Positions 48,689 through 57,863 of a stretch of DNA of 64,000 nucleotides are shown here, one piece after another (positions within the stretch are counted from its first letter, which is position 1; the number at the start of each line of letters is the position of its first letter). The notes under the pieces are model-generated. The model did no database searches, had not been told where the DNA came from, and saw only the letters and a list, made by a program, of their open reading frames with translations. A program made the translations under genes and the position numbers. The DNA is from Patescibacteria group bacterium (GTDB lineage: Bacteria > Patescibacteriota > Minisyncoccia > Phycocordibacterales > CAIZLB01), in assembly GCA_040384445.1 (NCBI GenBank), contig JAZKJG010000002.1, positions 160,823-224,822 on the forward strand, in the 5' to 3' direction.

Positions 48689-50164
48689 ATGCTCCAATCA
48701 ACTGCCCTCAATATTCTTAAAACTGGTGCATCCGTTTTTCTTACCGGAGAACCAGGATCTGGAAAAAGCTACACTATTAAACAGTATGTAGATTATTTGG
48801 CACAGAATGGTGTATATGCTTCTGTTACTGCTAGTACTGGTATTGCCGCGACACACATTGGAGGAATGACCATACACTCATGGGCAGGTATTGGTATTAA
48901 AGAGAGTTTGAGTATTTATGACATAGAAGCACTTCATGAAAAAGAATATATTGTAAAAAGATTATTGAAGGCAAAAGTTCTTATTATAGATGAGATTTCT
49001 ATGCTCTCTGGAAATACATTTGATATGGTAAATGCAGTATGTAAAAGCATAAGACAAGTTGAAGATAGACCGTTTGGTGGACTGCAAGTTATATGTGTTG
49101 GGGATTTTTTTCAGCTCCCTCCGATTATTAAAAAAAGTACAAATAGTCTAGAACTCTTTGAAGATAACGGGTTTGTGTTTTCGTCTTCTGCATGGAAAGA
49201 ACTAAAACCACTAACATGCTATCTTTCGGAACAACATAGACAGAGTGATGCAAAATTTACAAAAACACTTGCACAGATACGAAGTAATACTGTGGACGAA
49301 GAAGTGCACGACGTTCTTCGAAGTAGAGTGGTAAAAGAATTAACAGTACTACCTGACGCAACAAAACTGTATTCACATAATGCACACGTTGATACGGTAA
49401 ACAATCGTGAGATTGGAAAGCTAGAAGGGAAGGTAAAAATTTATGGTATGACTATGAAAGGAAAAGAGACCATGACTGCAAGTTTGATAAAAAGTTGTTT
49501 GTCTCCAGAAAAGCTTGAACTCAAAATTGGTGCAAAAGTTATGTTTACAAAAAATAATCCTGATAAGGGTTTTGTAAATGGAACAACTGGAACTCTTGTT
49601 GAATTTCATTATGATGTACCTCGTGTGAAAGTTGCAAATGGTATGACAATTGATGTTGAGCCAATGGATTGGAGTATTCAAGATCAAGGAAAAATTCTTG
49701 CTTCAATTACACAGATTCCACTTCGACTTGCGTGGGCAATAACAATTCATAAGAGTCAGGGAATGAGTCTAGATGCTGCAATCATGGACCTTTCTCAGGT
49801 TTTTGAATATGGACAAGGGTATGTTGCGCTCTCTCGTGTACGGACCCTGGATGGTCTACATGTGATTGGATATAACGACAGAGCACTGCAGGTTCATCCA
49901 CGAGTACAAGAAGAAGATGAATTATTTAAGGAGCAATCAAAAGAAGCAGAAGTGCAGATTTTTCAAATGGATAAAGGTGAGTTATCTAGAATTCAAGATA
50001 AATATATCTCTTCTATTGCAGGGGTGAAAAAAGGTGAGGAAAAAGAGAAGGAGAAAAAAACTACCGGTAAGAAAAATTGGGGATGGAAGACTAAGACGAA
50101 GAAAAAAGTGAGTGGGGATGATACGTATAAAGTTGAGTATGAAGGGGATGGGGATGTGTATTAA
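48689..50164 (+). CDS. PIF1-family (RecD-like, SF1B) ATP-dependent DNA helicase
   Basis: Walker A (GEPGSGKS), motif II (LIIDEISML), the Pif1 signature region (FGGLQVICVGDFFQLPPI) and a C-terminal KSQG motif (ITIHKSQG). Confidence 0.7.
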   Translation: MLQSTALNILKTGASVFLTGEPGSGKSYTIKQYVDYLAQNGVYASVTASTGIAATHIGGMTIHSWAGIGIKESLSIYDIEALHEKEYIVKRLLKAKVLIIDEISMLSGNTFDMVNAVCKSIRQVEDRPFGGLQVICVGDFFQLPPIIKKSTNSLELFEDNGFVFSSSAWKELKPLTCYLSEQHRQSDAKFTKTLAQIRSNTVDEEVHDVLRSRVVKELTVLPDATKLYSHNAHVDTVNNREIGKLEGKVKIYGMTMKGKETMTASLIKSCLSPEKLELKIGAKVMFTKNNPDKGFVNGTTGTLVEFHYDVPRVKVANGMTIDVEPMDWSIQDQGKILASITQIPLRLAWAITIHKSQGMSLDAAIMDLSQVFEYGQGYVALSRVRTLDGLHVIGYNDRALQVHPRVQEEDELFKEQSKEAEVQIFQMDKGELSRIQDKYISSIAGVKKGEEKEKEKKTTGKKNWGWKTKTKKKVSGDDTYKVEYEGDGDVY

Positions 50165-50580
50165 ATCGAGTTTTCACACTGCATCGTTTTTCTGTTCATA
50201 CCATACTTTCCACTTACACCAGTTGAGTCCATGCAATAATAATCACTGTTATCGAGTGCTGTAAACAATACCCAGTGATGAGCATCTGATAAACAGGTGA
50301 TACCTGCTTCGTCTTGATTTTTCACATCAGTCCTTGTTGAAATAATGTCACTCGCAACTTTTTTAAGTTCAGTTCTTGTGGTGTTTATAAATCCTCCTTG
50401 ACACAATGTTTCTGCTGCAACGGTCGGTTTTTTATTTGCAAATTTTTTAAAGTCTTCGAACGCTGCAAATATTTTTTCATTTGGATTTTCTTCGACCACC
50501 GTAACTTTTTCATCATTTCTATTTATGAAAAGTATTGCTCCAGTTAATAATATTGCAAGAATTAGAATTTGTTTAATCAT
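50161..50580 (-). CDS. secreted hypothetical protein (139 aa)
   Basis: N-terminal signal/TM (MIKQILILAILLTGAILF). Confidence 0.4.
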   Translation of the reverse strand: MIKQILILAILLTGAILFINRNDEKVTVVEENPNEKIFAAFEDFKKFANKKPTVAAETLCQGGFINTTRTELKKVASDIISTRTDVKNQDEAGITCLSDAHHWVLFTALDNSDYYCMDSTGVSGKYGMNRKTMQCENSI

Positions 50581-50595
50581 GTATACATCATACAG

Positions 50596-50632
50596 TAATT
50601 AAAAATGCTGCGCACATTTTGATGTGCGCAGC
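50596..50632 (-). terminator. perfect 11-bp hairpin GCTGCGCACAT-tttg-ATGTGCGCAGC with T-run on the minus strand
   Basis: Downstream (minus orientation) of the stop of the 50639-51062 ORFs. Confidence 0.65.
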
Positions 50633-50638
50633 TCAAGA

Positions 50639-51062
50639 TTAAAATCCGAAGTATTCCTCCCAGTTCATTCGGTCAACCGTTTCTTGATCGAAGAGGATAG
50701 TGAGTCGGATGTGTGGAACAGGTCTCCTGTAGTAATCCTTATCTTCCTCGGTGCTTCGTTCCTGGTTTTCGTTTGGAGGTTCGGGAATGTCTGACATGGT
50801 TTTGTGGGTTGGGGAAAGTTGAATCACTCCATCGACGTTTTTCATATCGAGTTGGAATGTCAAAGAAAAAGTCGTAGTTAGGGTTGGGTACGTAAGGTGC
50901 AACGAGTGCAAAGGTTGAGGTAAACTCTACGTGTTTTTTCTCAACCTTATCAGGAATGAATTCTTCAGCAATTGGTTTAGGTTTTACAGGCTGTGGGAAG
51001 AACTCTCTGCTACATGCAAAGACTGCACAGGCAAATAAGTGTAAGGGAAAAGGTGCTCTCAT
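50639..51062 (-). CDS. putative secreted/lipoprotein gene split into two overlapping ORFs (possible frameshift), GC-elevated
   Basis: ORF 51062-50739 (signal peptide MRAPFPLHLFACAVFAC) and ORF 50911-50639 overlap by 173 nt in different frames. They share one terminator. ~45% GC. Confidence 0.3.
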
Positions 51063-51084
51063 GACTTCCTACTGTATACCAGAA

Positions 51085-51579
51085 CTAGACCCTCTTTTGC
51101 AACAGGGTTGAGATACCTAAGAAAAATACATACACAAAAATAACCCAACTGAGTGCGTACAATATGCTTGCAATCAACTCTGCTTTCATAAGTAAATTAA
51201 AATTACCTAAAATAAAATTCCAATCATGAATCACATTATCACCACCCAAAAGTGGTAACTCCATTTTTAATGCATCACTTGCATATCTTGAAACATTTGC
51301 AATATTTTCTGCTACCCACATCATGAGTATGGCAAATGAAAATATATCCTTTCGTCTTAAAAAATATACCGCACATATAAGTGGAATAAAAATTTGGAAT
51401 ATACTTCCACCTAATGCAGTAGCGATTTCTCCAAAAATAAAAGTTGGAACTAATGTGTGACCTGCCTCATGAAAAATCAGATCAACAGTATTTATAAAAT
51501 GCCACTCAGATGAATAGATACAAAAGAAGAAATATAGTGAAGCAAGTATAAATCCGAATATTTTCATATTACTCTCCAC
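51085..51579 (-). CDS. small polytopic membrane protein with HExxH motif (possible intramembrane zinc metallopeptidase-like)
   Basis: HEAGHTL motif within or adjacent to a TM segment. 164 aa. Confidence 0.4.
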   Translation of the reverse strand: MESNMKIFGFILASLYFFFCIYSSEWHFINTVDLIFHEAGHTLVPTFIFGEIATALGGSIFQIFIPLICAVYFLRRKDIFSFAILMMWVAENIANVSRYASDALKMELPLLGGDNVIHDWNFILGNFNLLMKAELIASILYALSWVIFVYVFFLGISTLLQKRV

Positions 51580-52186
51580 ACTGTACTCCAGCGTTTATCC
51601 AAAATACTTTTCCACCCTTAAGAGTTCCTTGTAATGAATCGTCAATAGAAAATCGCTCATATTGCGCATAGTTTTCAGTCCAAGGTGTAATTTTAATAGC
51701 AGGGTATAGTCTTTGTAGTTCAGCCTTTGTTGTATTAAGTGTTACTCCTTTTGCTGTCGTGATGAGGGGAATAGCTTTTGCTGCATCTCGATCTGTATAT
51801 TCATACTGGAAGAATTTCTTCATTCCAAACTTCGTATCTCCGAAAAATACTCGAAGTCTATTCCATTCAACCACTCGAATTTGTGTTCCAGGACATGTTC
51901 CATACATTGAGAAACTATTTGTCCATCCAGTATCTTTTGTGGATGATCCGAGGGCTCTGTTAAATGTTGATAACACATCTTCTTCGGTTGCTCCAAATTT
52001 GAGTCCTCCAAGTCCATCTGATTCGAGTTGGAGAGAGATTTTTCCGCCAGGAGTTGGTGTTTGTACTGTAGTAGTTGCAGTAGGTTCTTCAACTATAATT
52101 GGTGGAACTCTATTTTCCATATACACATACACACCAATTGCAATAATGATCGTTAAAATTAATGTTAAAAATGTATTGTTTTTCAT
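51569..52186 (-). CDS. secreted hypothetical protein (205 aa) with N-terminal TM anchor
   Basis: MKNNTFLTLILTIIIAIGVYVYM anchor. Confidence 0.4.
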   Translation of the reverse strand: MKNNTFLTLILTIIIAIGVYVYMENRVPPIIVEEPTATTTVQTPTPGGKISLQLESDGLGGLKFGATEEDVLSTFNRALGSSTKDTGWTNSFSMYGTCPGTQIRVVEWNRLRVFFGDTKFGMKKFFQYEYTDRDAAKAIPLITTAKGVTLNTTKAELQRLYPAIKITPWTENYAQYERFSIDDSLQGTLKGGKVFWINAGVQCGE

Positions 52187-52330
52187 ACTATAAATGTACC
52201 ATGTATATAACCCTATAGTAAGATGAAGTCTAGCAGGGTATAATTAAGGGATGCATTTTTAGAATGCTACATTATTCACCTAATCATTATTAATCATTAA
52301 TAAAATAAATAAATACATAAAATAAAAATT

Positions 52331-53461
52331 ATGATACATAAAACAAAAACATTACAACTAGGGATTCTACTGACAGTCGCATGTTTTTTGGTGACAGTGA
52401 TACATGCAGCTACTACAATTGTAGTAACACCAACGGATGTGCAAGGATGGTCAACATCTGATACTCGCCCAGGAGGTGCTGTAAACTACGTTGCAGATGT
52501 GTCTTCTCCTTTAGGAGATGCAGCTCTTCAATTAACAACAAACGCTTCAACAACTGCAAAAGCTCAATATCTTCATGCAGCATCAACATCAATTGATGAT
52601 GTAACTGATCTAGGGTATTGGACAAAGCAGGTTTCAGGACCTGCTCACGCTGATGCATCATATCAATTACTTGTATTGCTAAATGGGACAACATCTTCAT
52701 TTACAACATTCGTATATGAACCATATCAACAAACAAACCCAATCGTGCCTGGAACATGGCAAGAGTGGGATGTAGAAGCAGGTCAGTTCTGGTCAAGCCG
52801 TTCTGTAACAGCAGGAGGGGCATGTACAGTGGTTGCGGGAGGTGGAGGAGCTCCGTTCTATACACTAGCTGAAATTAAGGCAAATTGTCCTAATGCAGTA
52901 GTTGTAGGATTTGGCGTAAATATCGGTTCAAATAACCCAGAGTTTGACGTCTATACAGACGGAGTTGTATTCAACGATACAACATATGACTTTGAGTTAG
53001 TTGCTCCAGATACAACAGCACCAGCTGCTCCAACACCTATTTCTCCAGCAAACGGTACAACAACTACAACAGTTGCTCAGCAATTGATTGATTGGTCAGA
53101 TGTTACAGACCCATCAGCGCCTGTGACATATATCTACCAATCTTCAAACTCATCATCTACTAATCCAGATGGATCATTTGAGTTTCCTATTTACACATCA
53201 GGTCCTCTAGCAGTATCTGAGATTGCTACACCAGGAACTCCAGAAGGTGTGTATTATTGGCATGTAAATGCTACTGATGCCGCTGGAAATACAAGCCCTT
53301 GGAGTGTTGCTTGGAAAATTACAGTAGATAATACTGTAGTTGTACCTCCAACAACACCTACAAACAAGGATCAATGTAAAAATGATGGATGGAAATCATT
53401 TACAAATCCAAGTTTCAAAAATCAAGGACAATGTGTGAGTTCTGTTGCTAAAAATCAATAG
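52331..53461 (+). CDS. secreted Thr-rich hypothetical protein (376 aa)
   Basis: Signal peptide. Thr/Pro-rich linker (TTAPAAPTPISPANGTTTTTV). Confidence 0.45.
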   Translation: MIHKTKTLQLGILLTVACFLVTVIHAATTIVVTPTDVQGWSTSDTRPGGAVNYVADVSSPLGDAALQLTTNASTTAKAQYLHAASTSIDDVTDLGYWTKQVSGPAHADASYQLLVLLNGTTSSFTTFVYEPYQQTNPIVPGTWQEWDVEAGQFWSSRSVTAGGACTVVAGGGGAPFYTLAEIKANCPNAVVVGFGVNIGSNNPEFDVYTDGVVFNDTTYDFELVAPDTTAPAAPTPISPANGTTTTTVAQQLIDWSDVTDPSAPVTYIYQSSNSSSTNPDGSFEFPIYTSGPLAVSEIATPGTPEGVYYWHVNATDAAGNTSPWSVAWKITVDNTVVVPPTTPTNKDQCKNDGWKSFTNPSFKNQGQCVSSVAKNQ

Positions 53462-53524
53462 ATACTGACTACAGTTAATAAAAACACCTGGGAAACTGGG
53501 TGTTTTTATTATAAGATAAGAACA

Positions 53525-54166
53525 ATGAGTAAATTTGTTATTACGCTGATCATATTATTGTTTGCCGGAGTGTGTGTTTTCTTTGTTGCTAAAGATGCAA
53601 AGCCAGAAATTCAACAATCATATAAAATAGTGGCGTTCGGAGATTCACTTACTGCTGGATACGGTGTTGATGATGTAGATAATTACCCTTCAGTACTACA
53701 GGAAAGATTGAGAATGGTAAATCCTAATATTACTGTTGTAAATATGGGGGTATCAGGGGAGACAACGGCAGGAGGATTAAAAAGAGTAGATTCAGTTGTG
53801 GCTGAAAAACCAGATGCTGTATTACTTGGGTTTGGTGCGAATGATATTTTACGATCGTTGAGTCCATCTGATGCGAAAGCTAATCTTGAAGAAATGATTG
53901 AAAAATTTCAACAGAATAATATTAGGGTGATTTTGATGGGTATGAGAACTTCATTAAATAGTGCTGCCGTGTATAGAAAAGAATTTAATGATATATACCC
54001 ACAACTCGCAGAGAAATATGATGCAGTGCTAATTCCATTTTTCTTGGAAGGGGTAGTGTTGAAAGAGGATTTGAATATTGCGGACAGGTTGCATCCAAAC
54101 ACTGCAGGGTATGTCAAAATTGTGGATGAAAACATTATGCCTGTGGTGAAGGGGTTGTTTCGGTAA
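53525..54166 (+). CDS. SGNH/GDSL hydrolase (arylesterase/lysophospholipase-like)
   Basis: Block I GDSLTAGYG after a signal/TM, block III GxND (GFGANDI) and a DxxH-like C-terminal (DRLHPN). Confidence 0.7.
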   Translation: MSKFVITLIILLFAGVCVFFVAKDAKPEIQQSYKIVAFGDSLTAGYGVDDVDNYPSVLQERLRMVNPNITVVNMGVSGETTAGGLKRVDSVVAEKPDAVLLGFGANDILRSLSPSDAKANLEEMIEKFQQNNIRVILMGMRTSLNSAAVYRKEFNDIYPQLAEKYDAVLIPFFLEGVVLKEDLNIADRLHPNTAGYVKIVDENIMPVVKGLFR

Positions 54167-54219
54167 TTTTATTTTGATATTCTGTTGACAATCAGCATTT
54201 CATATTGTAAATTTAAAGT

Positions 54220-54969
54220 ATGATGTCGACCCAGATTCAAAAGGTCATAGAACATCTAGGCTTCTCAGAAAAAGAGGCTAAGGTCTATCTTGTTGCCTTG
54301 GGTCTTGGCGAATGTCACGTGTCAGATATAGCGACGTATATGAAATTACCTCGAACGAGTGTACAGATAATTTTGGATAGGCTGCATAAAAAAGGGTTAA
54401 TGAATTTTTATATAATTTGTCGCTATAAATATTGGGTTGCAGAAGATCCTAAACGCCTTCTATTTAATGTACAAAGCTTTGAAGAAGAAATAAAAAAAGC
54501 GTTACCCAAACTTCTTGCGCTTAAGAAACAAAAACAGAAAAAAAAGAATCGTCAGCAGTATGAGTTGAGTCTTAATCTTTTTCATACCTTGGCAGATACG
54601 TTGATACAGCCTGTTTTGATAGCAAACGGAGATGTTGAAATAGAATATGTAAACACTGCCTGGGAAAAACAGTTTGGGTATGTGCTCGATGAGGTGAAGG
54701 GGTTTAATCCACGAATACTACAAAGTGGTAAGACACATCCTGATGTATATAAAAGTATGTGGAAAAATCTGAATGCGGAAAAAATGTTTCAATCAAATGA
54801 GCTTATAGACATGCGAAAAGATGGTACATGTTTTAATCTTCTTACAACCATTTTCCCTACAAGACATAATGGTAATATTTTTTTCATTCAAATTTTTGAT
54901 AGTATAGATGAGTCTCAAAGAGTAGGGGTCTTAAAAGAAAAATTTACCGGATTTGATATGAATATATAA
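54220..54969 (+). CDS. transcriptional regulator: TrmB-like N-terminal wHTH + C-terminal PAS domain
   Basis: HTH (EKEAKVYLVALGLGECHVSDIATYMKLPRTSVQIILDRLHKKGL) and a PAS-like region (IEYVNTAWEKQFGY...MRKDGTCF). Confidence 0.5.
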   Translation: MMSTQIQKVIEHLGFSEKEAKVYLVALGLGECHVSDIATYMKLPRTSVQIILDRLHKKGLMNFYIICRYKYWVAEDPKRLLFNVQSFEEEIKKALPKLLALKKQKQKKKNRQQYELSLNLFHTLADTLIQPVLIANGDVEIEYVNTAWEKQFGYVLDEVKGFNPRILQSGKTHPDVYKSMWKNLNAEKMFQSNELIDMRKDGTCFNLLTTIFPTRHNGNIFFIQIFDSIDESQRVGVLKEKFTGFDMNI

Positions 54970-55335
54970 TAACGACACTATTTGTGTTGTCGTTAGAATT
55001 TTGTGCAACCTTTATTTTATTTACTTTTTTGTATATATATGTATATTTTCCAAAATCTTGTAGACAATATATATTGAGCGATTTACACTCTCCATGTGGG
55101 GACTTAAAACTTGATCTCCAAATTAGAAATTCTGATATCGTACAATATTATGAATAATAAAATTGGATATATAGAATCCTGAGACTTATGCAGAGAGTAC
55201 TTGTGATCTGATAAAATTCTAGTCAAACTTTTTTCAGTTGTTAATTGAATATCCGTGTTTTCATCCTTTTTGTTATTTTATAAATTGTTCACATTATTAC
55301 TATTAATAAATAATATATATATATGAAATTTACTT

Positions 55336-55677
55336 ATGATTAAATTATTAGAAAAAGGTACCTACCGTCTTGGGTTAAACAAGGCTAAGCAAAGACTTTT
55401 GTTTCTGGGAGAGCATAGATATGTATGGTCTCACACCAACAAAGCGGGAGACATATTGAGTGTGTATAAGGAGCCCTATAAACTAGGGTCAGTTCTTGAG
55501 CAAGGTGTATATAGAGTATACAAGGTGAAAAACGAACCAAAATATGTGGATCTGCATCATTTGGAATTATTACCTCAACCTGGAATACGACAGGGATACT
55601 TGGTGTTAACGGAACTACCAACAGATCAGACGATTGAAAGTAGGATTTTACCAACAAGTGAAATTATTACACCGTAG
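55336..55677 (+). CDS. hypothetical protein (113 aa)
   Basis: ORF preceded by a 366-nt AT-rich non-coding region. Confidence 0.3.
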   Translation: MIKLLEKGTYRLGLNKAKQRLLFLGEHRYVWSHTNKAGDILSVYKEPYKLGSVLEQGVYRVYKVKNEPKYVDLHHLELLPQPGIRQGYLVLTELPTDQTIESRILPTSEIITP

Positions 55678-55753
55678 TATCTCTATGATATATGCGATGA
55701 AAGATCGTTCCCTTAAAAAACACTCCAATATTATTGTTGGAGTGTTTTTTTGT

Positions 55754-55828
55754 TGGTGACCCCACGGAGAGTCGAACTCCGGTTAACAGATTGAAAACCT
55801 GCTGTCCTAACCATTAGACGATGGGGCC
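55754..55828 (-). tRNA. tRNA-Glu (anticodon UUC)
   Basis: The reverse complement folds as a canonical cloverleaf: acceptor GGCCCCA/TGGGGTC, D-arm GTCT/GGAC, anticodon stem GCAGG/TCTGT with loop TTTTCAA (anticodon TTC), T-arm CGGAG-TTCGACT-CTCCG, discriminator A and encoded CCA. Confidence 0.85.
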
Positions 55829-55949
55829 TTGTTGAATACAAATATACCAGATTTAACTATAAAATCAAGGGTTACAGACAAGCTCGATTAGTACTTTCTG
55901 TAGCAATAGTGTTAAAATTAGACCATTACAAATTCACATTTACAATAAA

Positions 55950-57815
55950 ATGAAAAAAATATTAACCCTATTATTGATAGTTGTTTATTCTCTAGGTTTA
56001 GGTACTCTGACTTTTGCAGCCGATGAGGATGGGGAAGGGGCACAATTTTTGACTATGTCTACTTCAGGAATTACTTCTAACTCAGCAACGTTGATATATA
56101 CAACAACAGCGCCAACTGTAAGTTCATCTGTGTACGGTCTGACCGGTAGTTACGGAACAACTGGACCTAGTACAGTAATGGGAACAAGTCACTCTGCTAC
56201 ATTTACAAACCTTTCTCCAAGTACGAAATATTACTATAGAGTTGCGTTAACAAGTGGTGAAATTTCTACAGGATCGTTTACTACGATAGCCTCTGCTGTT
56301 GAAGAGGATAAAGATAATAATCCACAGTTCTTAAGTGTAAATACTTCTGGAATCACATCAAGTTCAGTGACGTTGTTATTTACAACAACAGCATCAACAG
56401 TTAGTTCATCTGTATATGGATTGACAACTAGTTATGGTTCAACAGGTCCAACAACAGCAATGGGAACAAGTCATTCTTCAGTATTTACAAACTTGTCTCC
56501 GGGCACAATATATTACTATAAAATCACATTGACTGGAGGAGAGATATCGACTGGATCATTTACAACAGCAGTAGTGGCTGGTGATTCAAATGCTCCCTAC
56601 ATCACTTCTGTGGTGGCAAATCCAAATACAACATCAGCAGTAGTTTCTCTTACTGCGAATGAACCAGCAACTATGAAAATCTCATCAGGATTAACAAATG
56701 CATATGGTACAGTTTCTGCAACGAATCCTCTTAGCTCAACAGGAACATTTACACTAAATGGATTAGCCGTTGATACAGTATATTATTATAAAATTACAAT
56801 GACAGATGCTGCAGGAAATGTAAGTGAATCAGCAAGTTCATTTAAAACTCTTGGGGCTCCGGTTGTTGGATCTGTAACAATACCAAGTGTATATTCATTA
56901 AATCCAACTTCACTTACAACTACAGGAGTTACTCTAAATGCAACTCTCGTATCAGCTAATAATGGAGCAATCATTAACCGAGGTTTTGAATGGGGATTAA
57001 CCACAGCGTACGGAGGTATTATAACAGTTGATGGATCAATTGCTGCAGGTACAACGTTCTCTCAGACTATTTCGGGATTATCACCAAATACTACATATCG
57101 ATATAGGGCATTTGCTACTAACTCTGCAGGAAAGGGGGCTTCAGTTAGTGGAACATTTACAACACCTCTGGCACCAGTTACATCAACTCCTTCTACATCT
57201 GTGACTAATGTCACCACAACTTCATCAGGAAGTGGGTATACATCATCGACAAATAGTGGTAGTTCAGCAACAAAGAACACGGGAACAGTACAATTTACTC
57301 GAGATCTGAGTATGGGAATGAAAAATGATACAGTGAAAGCTTTGCAGGTGTATTTAAATAATAATGGTTTCAAAATTGCAGCATCAGGTGCAGGATCTCC
57401 AGGACTGGAAACAACATACTTTGGTCCAGCTACGAGAATTGCACTTATGAATTTTCAGAGAGCAAATGGTATTTCACCAGCGTCTGGATTTTTTGGACCT
57501 CTGACTCGAAGTAAAATATCTGGCGGAGTTTCTACGAATACTTCTTCTGTTACTACTGCACCATTAGTACTAGGAAATAATAACTTGGGAGTGAAAGCAT
57601 TGAGAACAATTTTACGAACAAAAGGATACTTCGCAGCATATGGATCTGCCGGAGTACCAGCATCAGCTGCTGCAGAGACAACATACTTCGGAATTGAAAC
57701 GCAAAATGCATTGAAGAAATTCCAATGTGATAAAAATGTTGTATGTACGGGAACTCCTGATACTACAGGATGGGGAAAAGTTGGTCCAAAAACAAGAGCA
57801 GCTCTCGGTTGGTAA
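55950..57815 (+). CDS. secreted surface protein: 4 Fn3-like repeats + 2 C-terminal peptidoglycan-binding (PG_binding_1-like) domains
   Basis: Signal peptide. ~100-aa repeats each ending YYY(R/K)(V/I)..T. Two motifs FGPATRIALMNFQRANGISPASGFFGPLTR and TYFGIETQNALKKFQ, paralogous to the N-terminal domain of the 3330 gene. Confidence 0.6.
   Translation: MKKILTLLLIVVYSLGLGTLTFAADEDGEGAQFLTMSTSGITSNSATLIYTTTAPTVSSSVYGLTGSYGTTGPSTVMGTSHSATFTNLSPSTKYYYRVALTSGEISTGSFTTIASAVEEDKDNNPQFLSVNTSGITSSSVTLLFTTTASTVSSSVYGLTTSYGSTGPTTAMGTSHSSVFTNLSPGTIYYYKITLTGGEISTGSFTTAVVAGDSNAPYITSVVANPNTTSAVVSLTANEPATMKISSGLTNAYGTVSATNPLSSTGTFTLNGLAVDTVYYYKITMTDAAGNVSESASSFKTLGAPVVGSVTIPSVYSLNPTSLTTTGVTLNATLVSANNGAIINRGFEWGLTTAYGGIITVDGSIAAGTTFSQTISGLSPNTTYRYRAFATNSAGKGASVSGTFTTPLAPVTSTPSTSVTNVTTTSSGSGYTSSTNSGSSATKNTGTVQFTRDLSMGMKNDTVKALQVYLNNNGFKIAASGAGSPGLETTYFGPATRIALMNFQRANGISPASGFFGPLTRSKISGGVSTNTSSVTTAPLVLGNNNLGVKALRTILRTKGYFAAYGSAGVPASAAAETTYFGIETQNALKKFQCDKNVVCTGTPDTTGWGKVGPKTRAALGW
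56040..56577 (+). repeat. tandem ~255-nt coding repeat (Fn3-like units 1 and 2, ~75% nt identity)
   Basis: Unit 1 about 56040-56295 and unit 2 about 56322-56577. They share long identical stretches (e.g. ggaacaagtcactc/ggaacaagtcattc, acatttacaaac/tatttacaaac). Confidence 0.55.
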
Positions 57816-57826
57816 TAATAAAAAAA

Positions 57827-57853
57827 CCTTCTCCTAAAAAGAGAAGGTTTTTT
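57827..57853. terminator. bidirectional terminator CCTTCTC-ctaaaaa-GAGAAGG + TTTTTT
   Basis: Lies between the convergent 55950 (+) and malic enzyme (-) genes. A-run before, T-run after. Confidence 0.7.
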
Positions 57854-57863
57854 ACATTTGTAC

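Noticed and set aside
54970-55335. tmRNA, RNase P RNA or SRP RNA in the long AT-rich intergenic tract
   Set aside because: I could not find the conserved hallmarks (tRNA-like CCA end with TpsiC for tmRNA, GGAA/GNRA P4 region of RNase P, or the SRP domain-IV motif). The tract is extremely AT-rich, more like a promoter or AT-rich spacer. I leave it as unverified.
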